A stretch of DNA of 64,000 nt from Nitrosopumilaceae archaeon (lineage in GTDB: Archaea > Thermoproteota > Nitrososphaeria > Nitrososphaerales > Nitrosopumilaceae), in contig OZ242376.1 in assembly GCA_965209085.1 (NCBI GenBank), positions 576,001-640,000 of the forward strand; not shown here. Direction: 5' to 3'. The first letter of the stretch is position 1. The text below holds more notes on this DNA, generated by a model. The model searched no databases. It was not told where the DNA came from and was given only the letters and a program-made list of their open reading frames with translations.

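Noticed and set aside
10082-63820. More than 100 short hydrophobic minus-strand ORFs in the ORF track
   Set aside because: They are antisense shadows of the giant + strand gene: almost all lie in one frame, repeat with the modules, and their Val/Ile/Phe richness mirrors sense-strand Thr/Asn/Asp codons.
10737-64000. CRISPR array or non-coding satellite
   Set aside because: Repeat units are hundreds of bp, in frame and protein-coding, with no short repeat/unique spacer alternation and no cas genes.

Overview
The window looks like a Nitrosopumilaceae/Cenarchaeum-type thaumarchaeal chromosome segment (inferred from the gene set). The first ~9.9 kb hold a VapBC-like pair, a DHH phosphoesterase, RidA, archaeal dnaG, the HTH-fused riboflavin kinase ribK/rbkR and the FAD synthase ribL. 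Between these lie decayed remnants of five transposase types (IS5, IS630, a DDE integrase-type, IS1595, IS66) and two small cargo genes, one resembling a circularly permuted GIY-YIG nuclease. From ATG 9963 to the window end runs one + strand reading frame of more than 54 kb (>18,000 codons), absent from the ORF track, presumably because it has no stop in the window; the minus-strand ORFs listed beyond 10 kb are its antisense shadows. It encodes a signal peptide, about 65 ~183-aa Ig-like/DUF5011-like di-domain modules, eight 7-bladed LVIVD-type beta-propellers in three sequence variants at regular intervals, and a sequon-dense stalk of ~100-aa Ig repeats. The DNA has nested repeat periods (12, 15, 162, ~306, 921, 1098, ~6070 and ~14,915 bp) with mosaic variants, consistent with a recombining giant multivalent adhesin or surface fibre.
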